A stretch of 64,000 bases of DNA, taken from positions 1 through 64,000 of the forward strand of contig BAAIJX010000010.1 of assembly GCA_054600435.1 (NCBI GenBank), given 5' to 3'. Below, piece by piece: positions 52,966-64,000 of the stretch. Position numbers and translations under genes: made by a program. The notes beneath the pieces are model-generated. The model was not told the origin of the DNA and did not search any database. It saw only the letters and a program-made list of their open reading frames with translations. The DNA comes from Neophaeotheca triangularis. Its lineage: Eukaryota. How positions within the stretch are numbered: position 1 is the stretch's first letter; the number at the start of each line of letters is the position of its first letter.

Positions 52966-53889
52966 TCAACGCTCGATAGCGCTGACCACCTGCGTGGTCA
53001 TGCCAGCAAGTAGCGGGTACAGTGAACACGCCGTGTACTTGTCGGCCAAAGACTCCTTGCCCTCCGTAACTTGATCGCTAGAGACCGGCTCCATCGTGCT
53101 CATATCCTTGCCATCAATGACCGTCCCCTCTGGGTACTCCGGGCGCCTACCCTCTTCGATCAGACGAATGAACATGGGGTCGATTGGCACGCTGCCTAGG
53201 AAGGGAACCTCGAACTCCGCAGCCATGACCGCGCCGCCTCCCTTCGAAAAGACGTTAGTGCATTCTGAGCAGTTCGGGCAGACGAAGCCGGCCATATTCT
53301 CCACCACTCCCAGCACATGCACGCCCACTTTGCGGCAGAAGTTGATCTCTTTCTTTACATCGCTGATGCTTATGGCTTGCGGTGTAGTCACGATGACGGC
53401 TCCGGCTAACTGCTCGGGCGTAGCTTCTTTGAGCAGAGTCTCAACGAGGGATATGTGTTCGTCCGAAGTCCCTGGAGGTGTATCGATGAGGAGATAGTCG
53501 AGAGAGCCCCAGTGAACGTCGGACAGAAATTGTCTAACCATTGCAGTCTTCTTCGGGCCCCTCCAAACCACCGCATCACCCCTGTTGGCCAGCAGAAAAC
53601 CTAGCGACATGCAAGACAGCGATCCCAGCGCCTGTCCGTCTTCTGTCCCCTGTGCTCTCTCCTCGTGGACTGGAACTGGGATCCATCCTCCCGGCGCTTG
53701 TTTGACTTTTGCCTTCTCGATGCCAAAGAAGCGTGGCATTGATGGGCCCGTCAAATCCACATCTAATACGCCTACCGAGCGGCCTTGGAGGGCTAGGGAG
53801 AGGGCGAGTTGGCTGGCGATGCTGGATTTGCCTACGCCACCTTTGCCTGACAGTACGAGGGCGATGTGTTTGACATCCTTGAGCGACAT
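52966..53889 (-). CDS. CFD1: Cytosolic Fe-S cluster assembly factor Cfd1 (NUBP2)
   Basis: Deviant Walker [33 protein letters not shown]; lacks the N-terminal Cys cluster of Nbp35. Confidence 0.94.
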   Translation of the reverse strand: MSLKDVKHIALVLSGKGGVGKSSIASQLALSLALQGRSVGVLDVDLTGPSMPRFFGIEKAKVKQAPGGWIPVPVHEERAQGTEDGQALGSLSCMSLGFLLANRGDAVVWRGPKKTAMVRQFLSDVHWGSLDYLLIDTPPGTSDEHISLVETLLKEATPEQLAGAVIVTTPQAISISDVKKEINFCRKVGVHVLGVVENMAGFVCPNCSECTNVFSKGGGAVMAAEFEVPFLGSVPIDPMFIRLIEEGRRPEYPEGTVIDGKDMSTMEPVSSDQVTEGKESLADKYTACSLYPLLAGMTTQVVSAIER

Positions 53890-54677
53890 GTTTGCAGACT
53901 TCTGAAAGACGGCGCGAGGAGATATGCCTTGAGCGATTGGGTTTGGCACGCGTTTGCGGAAGGGTAAGGGAGGAGAGAGTGGTTTAGAGGAGGTTGTCTA
54001 GGTAGGTACGATAACTTCCAATGACTTTCACAGGTTAGTAAGCAGTCATGCCCGAATGTTCACTCGACCCCACCTGCACTTGACTTCACCTCACCCCGCC
54101 TACGCCGAGACCGGCAGGGAGTGCCTGCAAGTTACTACTCGTGGTCAGCCTGCACCTAAAAGCTGCTTAGGTACTATAATCCATTCTACTACGGTACACC
54201 TGATCTGACAGGACATCCCACTAGTAGCGATGTTTCTAGAGCTTGTTGCAATATCCCCGGGCTGCGAACTATCCAATGTCTTGTGTACATTCCAGTCACT
54301 TCTCAAGTGTCCTACATACTAGCTCCATACCTGGTGTAACCATCGATCCCGATAACGGCGGAGATGGTTCGGAGGCGCAAGCCACACACGTTTCCGAAGG
54401 CCGACCGTGCGCCTCAACCCTCCCCCAAAAGCGCAAACAATAATGGGCGCTGTGGCGAAACGATCTGGATGGTATCTCATACAAGTACTTCGTTCCACGT
54501 CCACAACGATGGCTGTGGAGTGAACTACCTTAAGACGTCCCACTACAGGATGTGAGCATTGCAAAGTCGATCAATAACCTTCCCATCTCGCCTTCCTCCC
54601 ACCCCACACGACCGGCGACTGGCCTTACCAGTTCACCTGGCGCCACCATTCGTTCTCACCCCTTCTCAGGTATCGAA

Positions 54678-55830
54678 ATGGTGAAATTCGACACGATACA
54701 GGAAGCGAATGCCAAGGCGAGCTCGATCGTCGGACTCGTATGCGTTTTTGTCGGCGGCACTGGTGGCATAGGCGAGAGCACTATCAAAGAATTGTTCAAG
54801 CGAACAACGCGCCCAAAAGCGTACATCGTAGGGAGGTGAGTCTGGTCGTCGAAGCTCGTCACGACAAACTCAATGGCGCTGACCTGAATCTCAAAGGAAT
54901 ATCCAACGTGGCAATGACCTCGTTAAGGAACTCACCGAAATCAATCCCGATGGCAAGGCTTACTTTCTCCAACAAGACATCAGTGTCTTACAGCGCGTCG
55001 ACGAGACATGCCGGGAACTCCAACGTCGCGAGAAGCTGATCAATTGCCTCTTCCTCACGGCAGGCTACATGACGCTTTCAGGGCGCAACGAAACCCCAGA
55101 AGGCCTTGACCACAAAATGACCGTCAACTTCTACGCTCGCATGCGCTTTATTCGGAACCTTATGCCTGAACTGACAGCCGCTTCGCGCGCTGGCGAAACC
55201 TCTCGATGCATATCCGTCCTCGCCGCCGGCGCCGAAGGCGATGTCAATCTTCATGACCTCGACCTCAGAAGAAACTTCACCCTCCATTCATGTCTAGCGC
55301 ACTGCGCCGTCATGACCGATTTTGCCGTCGAGGAGCTCGCGAAGAAACACCCCGGCACCTCGTTTTCACACTCTTACCCCGGGACCGTCAAGACGGGTAT
55401 CGCGAACCAGCTGACCGGACCTGTCCGCCTCGCCGTCAAAGTCTTGTACGCAGTAATGACGCCCTGGCTTCTGAATGTTCAAGAGTCAGGCGTGCGCCAC
55501 CTTTTCCAGATCACCAACCAGTGCTACCCTTCCGCCAACGGAGGCGTGGGTGTTCCCATCCCGGAAGACCTCGACGTCATTATTGGCTCCAATGGCGAAA
55601 AGGGAAGTGGCGGCTACTTGCTCGATTGGGATGGCAAAGATATTGGCGATCCGAACCTGTTGCGCAAGTATAGGGAGTTCGACCTTGGGCCCAAGGTCAT
55701 GGCGCATCTCGACGCCATGTTCGAGCAAGCGGAAGCGAAGATGAAGAGCAGTGGCAAGCGCGCTGCTACTGATGAGGCCGAGGGCAGTGGGAGGCCTGGG
55801 TTCAATCCTATTGGGTGGCGGCCTGCTTGA
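54678..55830 (+). CDS. Short-chain dehydrogenase/reductase; exons 54678-54835, 54897-55830
   Basis: Rossmann motif VFVGGTGGIG, YIVGR, LFLTAG, ETPEGLD, NFYARMRF, HSYPGTVKT. Confidence 0.9.
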
Positions 55831-56210
55831 AGGCGTGGCTATTTTGGCGCAGAATGGAAGGTAGGTGTCTGGAAGCTCCGTGGTGGTTTCAAGACTATTT
55901 ACCAACGGAGCTGGAGTTGGTCACCGGAAGCTGTGGTTCAACGGACGTCGCGGATGTTGAGCGGGTTCATGGCTAGGATTATAAAGCACGGCGAATTTGG
56001 TTCATGCGCCGAGGACGCCAGAGATACCCCGGGGCTTGCGTGCAGACGTGCATGGATGGGAGGAGTAAGGGCGCACGGCAAAACTTGAACATCTTTTTAA
56101 CATCCACCTATAAAAACCATTCTAGAAAGTCGCTGCAGACAACACCGTTAATCTTGGGAACACAAAACAACAAAATCCAACCTAGAAACAGTGTGGGTAC
56201 TGCGCTGCTA

Positions 56211-57092
56211 CTACTGAACAGGCGAGTCCTTCCGCTTCCACGTGGGCTCATGATACTCCAAATCCGGCCGAGAATCCACACTCTCCTGCGTCTCAACCAG
56301 CCTCGCATCCTCCTCGTCATCGTCCGCAAAAGTAAAAGTCCTCAACTCGGTATTCCCCCACTGCCGCGTCAACTGCTCGCCCAAATCGGAATAATTCCCC
56401 GTCAGCGCGTGCGCAAAAACGCCATGCGTGACGAGCGCAATCTCCCTCTCGGGTCTATCGCGAATCAGCTTGCGCAGTTTTCTGGCGCGGGTGAGCATGG
56501 ATTCCGGCGTGGAAGCGAAGATTCCGACGTTTTTGTTCCAGTGCTCGGTCGTGTCGCGCAGGTCCACCAGGTCGCCGAAGACGTTTGCGATTTCCGACGG
56601 TGCGCTGCCCGTGTCCATGGGTTCCGAGGAGGATTCTTGCGCTAGAGGTTCGGTGAGGATTTTGAGACCGCGGTCGACGCAGGGTTGGAAGGAGAGTTGG
56701 CACGTCTGTTTTCGTTGCGGGGCGAAGGGGGGTTAGTTGAGCTGTTGTGCTGTGGACCGGGTTTTTTGGGGAACTGGATGTGTACCTGGATTGTTCGCTT
56801 CATCGGGGAGGCCATTAGGAGCTCGATCTGTGTGAGGTGTTAGCAGGGCTCGTGTAGAGGGGGGCCTGTTTGCGTTGGTCGGGCTTACGTTGTCGTGGCG
56901 GGAGAACTTGGATCGTAGCTCGTGGCATTGCTCTTCTCCGTGAGGTGTTAGGAAGGGGTCGTGGATTGATTCGCCCATGTGCGCGGTGTTCTGCGGCAGT
57001 CGGTCAGTATTGATCAGGAGCGCACGCGGTAGTCGGAGCAGACGTACATGGAAGCCTTCGGCGTGGCGAACGATGTGTAGCGTTGGCGACAT
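56211..57092 (-). CDS. Histidine phosphatase (phosphoglycerate mutase-like); exons 57092-57048, 56990-56889, 56827-56786, 56705-56211
   Basis: RHAEG, DPFLTPHGEEQ, ASPMKRTIQT, IALVTHG; three frame-consistent GT-AG introns. Confidence 0.9.
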
Positions 57093-58938
57093 GGTAAATC
57101 AGCTTTAGTGTGCGGTGTAGTAATAGTGCTGCCTCCTTTCCGGAAAGATCTGGCAGTCTCTTGATATATGTACTTCCATCTCAAAAGACCGGTCGACAAA
57201 CATCGTCATGGCCGCTACCAAGGAGACTTTCTTTTCCACGGCAATATGATTACATGGACGCCTCAAAAGTACTGTGAGTTAAAGTTCGCGGGCAAAGTTT
57301 GGACTTTCTGCAACGGTTGTACACGGTACCGGCCCTATCGAAGACATTATTCCAAAGACAGATCTGAGATGGGGCATACAGACTGCCGAACTACCACGCG
57401 TCGCGGCATCGAGCCATTGTAAGAACCTTCCGCAGCGCAAATCTCCTAGAGCGCACCGTTGCGACGCGAGAAGAGGTGGATGCAGCTGGGTGGATATTCA
57501 CTACGTTTCACCACTTGCTCTCCTCGCGGCATGCTCTTCATGAAGACAGACCCGATAAGATTTGAGCCTAGAGCTGGGGAATCGTGGCGCAATGATATTC
57601 AAGGTACCGTAGGAGCGTAGTTCGTGGTCGAGGCTGCTGCTTGGCAAACGGGTAAACTCTATTGTCGGTCTTTGTCAAATAGCTGCTGGCTACTATACTT
57701 AACTTAAGTCTGAAAGTTGGTACTTCTGGAAACATCCCTTCGGTCCTTCGGGGCGAGTGACAGACAGATAGCATCAGAGTGCATTCTCCATCAGTCAAAC
57801 AAGAGACGTGATCCATGCCAGGCAAGAGTATGAAGTCGCAAAAGACAAGTGGACGAGCAGCTTATATTGCCATCCGCGGATCAGACGTCACCTTGCCTCG
57901 TCGTTTACCTTATCACCTAGTACGAAGTTGCGTCGCGTTACCGGATGTACAAACTGACCAGCGTTCGTACTCAAAGAATACCTAGTCGCTACCAAGCCTT
58001 GTTGGTTCCCTGGTGGAGCGAATTTAGAAGTCATAAGCTCATGCTCTAGGTGAAGTATGAGATCTTAGCCTTGCACCTTTGCCGGGCAAGGTCCTCGGCG
58101 TCACCAACCTTAAGCCATGACATCTTATCCAAAGTATATCATCATTCGTGTTGGTATAATTCCTCGTGTTGTTTGCAAAGAGCCTCGTGACAACCTAGGG
58201 CGTCGGGTGCTTACCGCAGATGACCACTATCTGTTATCGTCTTTTCCACGCTCCTGACATTGGACGAATACTTATCTGGAATCCGGCAAAGAAGAAAACT
58301 ATCCAAGCGGGGTCCGGCTTTCGTCTATACACGAAATGCCTTGGCTTTCCGATACATTCTGTCCGTGAAAAGGATCCGGTGCCAAAGCATTTCCAGGTAC
58401 TATGTAACGTAAAAAGCAGTCTCGCAGTCGCAAGGATCCCCCGTCCTCAATAGACATAGAGCTACAGACGGATCCAGAAGCATAGAGAAGGAGAGGTGTC
58501 AGTTCCCTAGAAAGGCTCAGGGCACCCTTCTCCTTTCAATCCGACGCCCACAACGACTTCGCTTGCAGCTGTGGCTAGCTATGAGGTTTGGCGGTGAGAT
58601 CATGCCTTTTCCACAACCGCCCGAGAGTATGCAGACAGCCTGTCTCAGCCTCGAAGATCAGCCTGCGTGGCAAGGCTGACGTACACGTGTCAGTGCAGGA
58701 CAATCGCGGGACGAAGCAGCATGCACACGCAAGGCTGCATCCTTCAGCCTTGCCAACGAGAAGCTGATGTTCGGGAGCGTTGGACTGCCTCGATATATGC
58801 CAACTGCTGGACTTGATCTCTAAAGGAAGCATTGCTCCGGTCAAAAGCAAACCAAACCTGGCATTTGCCTCGACTGCTAGTCAAGAATCAGGCCTTCAAA
58901 CCCCCCGCCCCCTACCATCCCCCCCACCCGAACCGTCG

Positions 58939-60900
58939 ATGCCAGTCTGTCAATCGGATGGAGTTTATCGACTCCAACAGCGGAGGTTGAGCCTCGACGC
59001 TTTGCAAGCTGTCTCGATACGGTTGCTAACCCTTTTCATGCTTTTGGCGTACGTTCGGACCCCTGAGCTTCACCGTGACATCTTGCAAGACCTTGCTTAC
59101 GCCGAATCTTGATGCAGAGCCATCATCCTAGGGTGTTCTTCACAAACCTTTCACATCGCCAAAGTACACATTGAAAAGCTCACACTGGAACCCGATATAA
59201 TCTTGCTGCTTGTCGGTGTCATCAACAAAGTACTCGATTTTCTGCTCGACAACACCATAGGACACCTTGCTAGCCTGGAGTTGACGATGTGGATGGTTGG
59301 AAAAGACGCTGTCAACGTCCCTTCTTGGTTGTTGTACTGCTTGAGGCGAGTTGGGTTCGCTTCCAAACCACCTGCAAAATTCAAACAAGAGCCAGAGCGA
59401 GGGGTCACCAGAGAAGATTTTGCCCTGAAAGAAGAAATGACCAAACCCTGGATGGCAATATCTGCGTTCTGGAAACGATCCCATCCACTACCAGCCAGGT
59501 CGAGGCGCCGCTCAGTCTTCAGATTCGTCTTGACTTTCGCCATCTCGGTCTGCTTTACGCTGGCAGGTGCCGGCATGAATACAATTGGCATACCTAAAGC
59601 CCGGTGGTATCCAGACCAGTGGCTGTACGATCGTCACGTTGTTAGTCTTCCAAAAATGACTCTTACCCGGGTTGACTGGATGAACTACTGGGATTTGGCA
59701 TGGTCGGGTGTTGGCGAAGGTGCGCCATCCTGGTCTACGGCAGCATCCCTTGCCAGCGCCAGGCTTTTCGCTTCGATTGTGTCAAACTTAGGCCCTATGT
59801 ACGGCAGGGCCACTTCGGGTTGGGAGAGCGATAGGCCGTCACTCGCTGCCGGGGAGGCGAAAGATCTGACCTGCCTATTCGTTAGTCACGATCACAGCCC
59901 CTCGCAATCTTTCAGCCTACTCCATCGCCAATACGAGTCGATATGGGATGAGGCCAAAACAAGAGGTCTCAGCTATGCCGAAGGCTCGCTAGGCATATTA
60001 GGTACTGCCAACCTAACAGTCGGCAGCCTCTCAACCAGCTGTACTTCCAGCGACGCGGCATATCAGACACTCGGTATCTCCTATCCCGGTCAGAATATCG
60101 TCGTTGCCAATCTGCCCTATTCAGGTATCCGAGGCAACGACAGTGTGACTTGCACGGTGACATATCGTAGCGCGTTGGCAGCCGTCGGATTCTGGCGTGG
60201 CGGAACAGTCGATGACGGCGAATATCATACAGCCGCCCTGCCATCTTCTAGGTTGAGTGACAATGCGTCCTCCCAGCTATTTCCCCTTTCAGAGCAGGAC
60301 TCAACAATCACCGCCGCGCTCGCGACTCAGATATCGTCAATGCTTCCTTCACTTGACGGCCTCAGCCCGAATGGATCATACGCCAGCTTTCTTTCCCTTC
60401 TTGCGGACCGTCTCACCCATCTGACTAGTGAGCAGACCAACAACAAGGTGAACTTGGACATCGCAACCACTATACAACCTGCTATCGCCTACACTTTCCA
60501 ACACATGCTCACGCACGGCAACTGGAACTGGACCACCGACACAAACGGCGAGCAAGTCCAACACCTCTTACGCTTCTACGTATACGGTTCGGGGCCTCGA
60601 GAACAATGGCAATGGGTAGCCCTTGTCATCTTGCTCATCCTAGCCCTTGTCTGCGTGTATGATCTGCTGCAGTCGTTGCGACATGCCTTTGCGCCCGGTC
60701 CATGGCTTGCGGCTTACGGGATGATGAGGCTGGCGAACTCGTCAGACAGGCTCAGGGCCGAGAGTGACTTGCCAGGCGAGAGAACGGAGTATTGGATTCA
60801 GGACGCTGGGGGGTCGCGGTTGGAGATTAGCAACCATTCGTCAGGTTGGGCGACGGGGAAGCCGATTGATGCTGGGACGTCTTATTCGATGTATAGATAG
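58939..60900 (+). CDS. Hypothetical multi-pass membrane protein with a large luminal domain; exons 58939-59048, 59118-60900
   Basis: The 565-aa ORF extends upstream through a GTACGT...CAG intron. TM stretches near the N- and C-termini; NxS/T sequons in between. Confidence 0.7.
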
Positions 60901-61316
60901 ATTAAGATCGGGCAAGAAAGGGATTCCAAGTCAGTTTGCGGAACTTTGTAACAAGGCTTTAGCCCTCATTCTCTCCTAATCTCTGTAATCAAGTAGCGGC
61001 TTCGCAGCTTCAAATCACTTTCTTGGAGCGATGTCTGAGATAAGAAAAGTTGTAGTTGTTCGTATGCAGCGACAGCGATGTTCTGTTTTCATTGCCGTCA
61101 AGGTCACGTGCGCTCGCGTCTTGCCGAGATTGCCCGCACGCGTTTCGAGTCGCGAGCCCCCACTTCCTTTGTTCGACCTCACAAAGGAACCATACAGTAG
61201 GTATTTTCGAGGAGGCGACACGTGCTTTACTATTGCTGGCATGCGCCATCAGTTTTGCTATACTTCACTATGATTGCTAGACAGATATTGCTTACTGACC
61301 TCATGTTTACTACGAC

Positions 61317-64000
61317 ATGCCCTTCAAATTCTCGGACATATGCACGCTTTTGAACCGTCTCGAAGACGTAGAACTCTTGGATCCTCAACCCCTGGCAGCC
61401 AACAAAACCGCAAGACTGAAAGATATTACCCAGAAATGGTTTATATCGCATCAGCGTGCCATCAACGAGCTTGACCCGGGGGGTGGGTCAGCACTCTTGT
61501 CGGCTCTACTTAGTCACCGTAGGACCGACCGCGTCTACGGCATCCAAAGCAAATCACTTTGCCGGATTTTGAGCAGGTCATTGAGCCTTGGCGAAGTGAG
61601 AGCCCGAGACCTTCAAGCATATACTCTGCCAGGACGCGGGGACCTTGCGACATGCCTCGAAAGAGTACTCATCTCAGGCGGCCCACCAGCCCTACCGGCA
61701 GTCTCGCTCGATGAGGTGGATGACCTGCTTCGTCAACTTGCGGGCCAGTGCAGGTTCTCCGGACCCGAAGTTCGCCTGCCGTCCGGGTCATCGAGAGATA
61801 GAGACGAGCTGATGAAAGGGGTGTTCAGGCGTGTTTCCCCAATCGAGGGCAAATGGCTTGCTCGTCTCATCTTGAAGGATTTCTCTCCGGTCAAAATAGA
61901 CGAGGACCTCATTCTCAAAAGTTATCACTTCCTACTACCTGTTGTGCTGCGCTTTCAGGACGACTTCGAGCTTGCCATTGCTCAGCTTCAGGACCCTAAT
62001 ATGCTAGGCAATGTCCCAGGGCGGCCTGATCCTCGATCTGAACAGGCGTATCGCGACCAGGCAGCTTCCAAGCTCAAGCCAGTCGTTGGTACTAAGGTCG
62101 GAAGGCCCTACTTCCACAAAGCCAGAAGCATTGATCACTGCTTGAAGATACTGGGCTCCCAGCCCTGGGTTCTGGAGCGCAAATACGACGGAGAGTACTG
62201 CGAGATCCATATTGACTTGGCGAGGTCTTCGGTCGTCAAAGACTGTATTCAGATTTTCTCAAAGAGCGGTAAGGATTCTACGGCAGACCGTAAAGCCATC
62301 CACCAGACATTGGTCGATTGCCTGAGGCTGGGCAGTCCGGGCTGTAGGATAAAAAGGCAAGCCATCCTGCTTGGGGAGCTTGTCGTATTTTCAACGGACC
62401 AGGTGGACCCTTTACCATTCGAAAAGTTGAGAAGCCACGTGAGTCGCTCAGGATCCTTTCTTGGAACAGACGAAGATTCGGTGCCGAGCTCGGATGAACA
62501 CCTCGGTATAGTGTTCTTCGACGTGTTGCTCCTCGACAACGAGGTGGTTATGCGCAAGCCTATAGAGCAACGGCGTCAAGTATTGCGCAACGTATACGAG
62601 AAGCTGCCAAATCGAGCTCAAAGCGCCGAATGGAAGGTTGTTGACTTCGGCGTTTACGGTAGCGAGGAAGCGGTCAAGAAATTAGTCCATCAATTTGCTG
62701 CATCGATCGCTACTCGGTGCGAGGGATTGGTGCTGAAGCCGTGCAATATGCCGTACTTTTCTCTTGCTGCAAGCTCACAAAGCTACAAGCATAGCTTTAC
62801 CAAAGTGAAAAAAGATTACATTGCTGGAGCTGGGGATGAAGCGGACCTTGCAGTCATCGGTGCCAGCTACGATGCGCAACAAGCGGCCAAGAACGGTTTT
62901 CCCGGCGTACGATTCACAGAGTTTTTCCTTGGATGCCTGACAAACAAAGACGAAGTTTTACACTTCCAGGCCAAACCAAACTTCAGGGTCGTAGGTACCA
63001 TACAGCAAGACAAGTGCATTCCAATGCCCGTTCTGAAAGCCGCAAACTCGATTGGCAATTTCTCCTCAAAAGCGTTCGGCTCACCAGAGGCTACGTCAAA
63101 CTTGAACATTGAGCTTAGCAGTGCGCAAGCTAGACCTGATGTGATCTTTACGACGCCGCTTGTCTTCGAAGTACTCGGTTCTGGTTTCGAGAAAGCTTCC
63201 AACGCGAGACACATGTGGCTACGGCATGCCAGGGTGAAGAAACTGCATGAAGATCGTCACTGGATTGAAACCTGTACTTACCAGGACTTTCAAGAACAAG
63301 CGAAAGTGTCTCGAGAAGCACCGGTCGATTCAGAGTCGCAAGAGACTCTTCATTGGATAGAGCGGCTAGAGGCGACACTCAGGAAGAAATTTGAGCGAGA
63401 GAGGACAGCCACGCCTCGTACTTCCTCTACTACGACGTCTCCAGACGCAAGCCGTATGAGAAGCTCTGCTTTGACTCGAGAAGTGAGGAGAAGCAGTGGC
63501 TCATCCGTCGCTTTCCGCAAACCTGCTACTCCCACCACGACCAAGAGCACCTCGATGATTTTGAGTGGCAATACGCTGGTTGAGACACGGACAGCTGTCA
63601 AGCGGACACAGACGACAGATACCCCGTGCCCAGCGAAGAAGCCACGTCTGGACACCTCCGGGGTTTCTTCATCGGCAAACAAAGGCAACGCGGATCTGTC
63701 ACCAAAGTCAGGACTTTCTCGTAGCATGCCGCTTGGAGATATCACCAACACTGTCCCTCTAGGAGTCTCAGCACTGCCAAGTATTCGACGTCCACCATAC
63801 AATACGTCCGCGCCTAACCCTTCTCTCGACCAAAGTGCGAAGCCTGTAAAGGCGCTCTCACCAAAACGACAAAGCTCAACCACGTGCAAAGCCGGCAACT
63901 GCCTCCTATCGCAAGCCGTAGTCTACCTAGTCCCCTGCATAGCCAAAACCCCATACATAACAGACGACCTCCTCCCCGACCACGAATGCCCGAAAATCTC
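61317..64000 (+). CDS. ATP-dependent DNA ligase-like protein, 3' end beyond the window (absent from the ORF track)
   Basis: Manual translation MPFKFSDICTLL...RRTDRVYGIQ; motif I ERKYDGEY (K at 62181), LLGEL, FFDVL, CEGLVLK, KVKKDY; the same frame is still open at the window end. Confidence 0.9.
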   Translation, partial: MPFKFSDICTLLNRLEDVELLDPQPLAANKTARLKDITQKWFISHQRAINELDPGGGSALLSALLSHRRTDRVYGIQSKSLCRILSRSLSLGEVRARDLQAYTLPGRGDLATCLERVLISGGPPALPAVSLDEVDDLLRQLAGQCRFSGPEVRLPSGSSRDRDELMKGVFRRVSPIEGKWLARLILKDFSPVKIDEDLILKSYHFLLPVVLRFQDDFELAIAQLQDPNMLGNVPGRPDPRSEQAYRDQAASKLKPVVGTKVGRPYFHKARSIDHCLKILGSQPWVLERKYDGEYCEIHIDLARSSVVKDCIQIFSKSGKDSTADRKAIHQTLVDCLRLGSPGCRIKRQAILLGELVVFSTDQVDPLPFEKLRSHVSRSGSFLGTDEDSVPSSDEHLGIVFFDVLLLDNEVVMRKPIEQRRQVLRNVYEKLPNRAQSAEWKVVDFGVYGSEEAVKKLVHQFAASIATRCEGLVLKPCNMPYFSLAASSQSYKHSFTKVKKDYIAGAGDEADLAVIGASYDAQQAAKNGFPGVRFTEFFLGCLTNKDEVLHFQAKPNFRVVGTIQQDKCIPMPVLKAANSIGNFSSKAFGSPEATSNLNIELSSAQARPDVIFTTPLVFEVLGSGFEKASNARHMWLRHARVKKLHEDRHWIETCTYQDFQEQAKVSREAPVDSESQETLHWIERLEATLRKKFERERTATPRTSSTTTSPDASRMRSSALTREVRRSSGSSVAFRKPATPTTTKSTSMILSGNTLVETRTAVKRTQTTDTPCPAKKPRLDTSGVSSSANKGNADLSPKSGLSRSMPLGDITNTVPLGVSALPSIRRPPYNTSAPNPSLDQSAKPVKALSPKRQSSTTCKAGNCLLSQAVVYLVPCIAKTPYITDDLLPDHECPKI

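Noticed and set aside
14381..56645. Many long antisense or alternative-frame ORFs (e.g. 17780-18802, 19455-20486, 40598-41956, 34282-35136)
   Set aside because: They overlap well-supported genes, carry no motifs, and are expected from GC-rich third-position codon bias
12132..64000. Transposons, RIP-degraded repeats, CRISPR-like arrays or rRNA in the nuclear part
   Set aside because: I saw no transposase or RT motifs, terminal repeats, AT-rich RIP tracts, spaced repeats or rRNA signatures

Overview
The window joins two very different kinds of DNA. Bases 1 to about 12095 are AT-rich fungal mitochondrial DNA read in genetic code 4 (TGA=Trp, supported by a tRNA-Trp(UCA) gene). All of its genes are on the minus strand and apparently intact: trnD-trnS-trnW-trnI-trnS-trnV, cox1 (one group IB intron with a LAGLIDADG ORF plus a second orphan membrane-type ORF), nad2-nad3, atp8, atp6, a free-standing enlarged rps3, and nad6. 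At a T48/C26 homopolymer junction (about 12012-12131) the sequence switches abruptly to gene-dense, GC-balanced nuclear DNA of a filamentous ascomycete (Dothideomycete-like, by inference) with short spliceosomal introns. The nuclear part carries an ankyrin protein, XRN1, HAT2, two hypothetical genes, FAL1 (eIF4A-III), MIM1, SHP1, OXA1 (GC-AG intron), a DUF3405 protein, a 4-TM orphan, a peroxisomal 4CL-like ligase, GH3 and GH2 glycosidases, a PQ-loop transporter, YAR1, CFD1, an SDR, a histidine phosphatase, an orphan membrane protein and an atypical ATP-dependent DNA ligase that runs off the right edge. The mito-nuclear join is either a very recent large NUMT or, more likely, a chimeric assembly. 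I found no clear new multi-gene system. The best novelty candidates are the second ORF inside the cox1 intron, the atypical ligase and the His/Cys-rich tail on the GH3 enzyme. All family assignments come from motif recognition and memory, not database searches.
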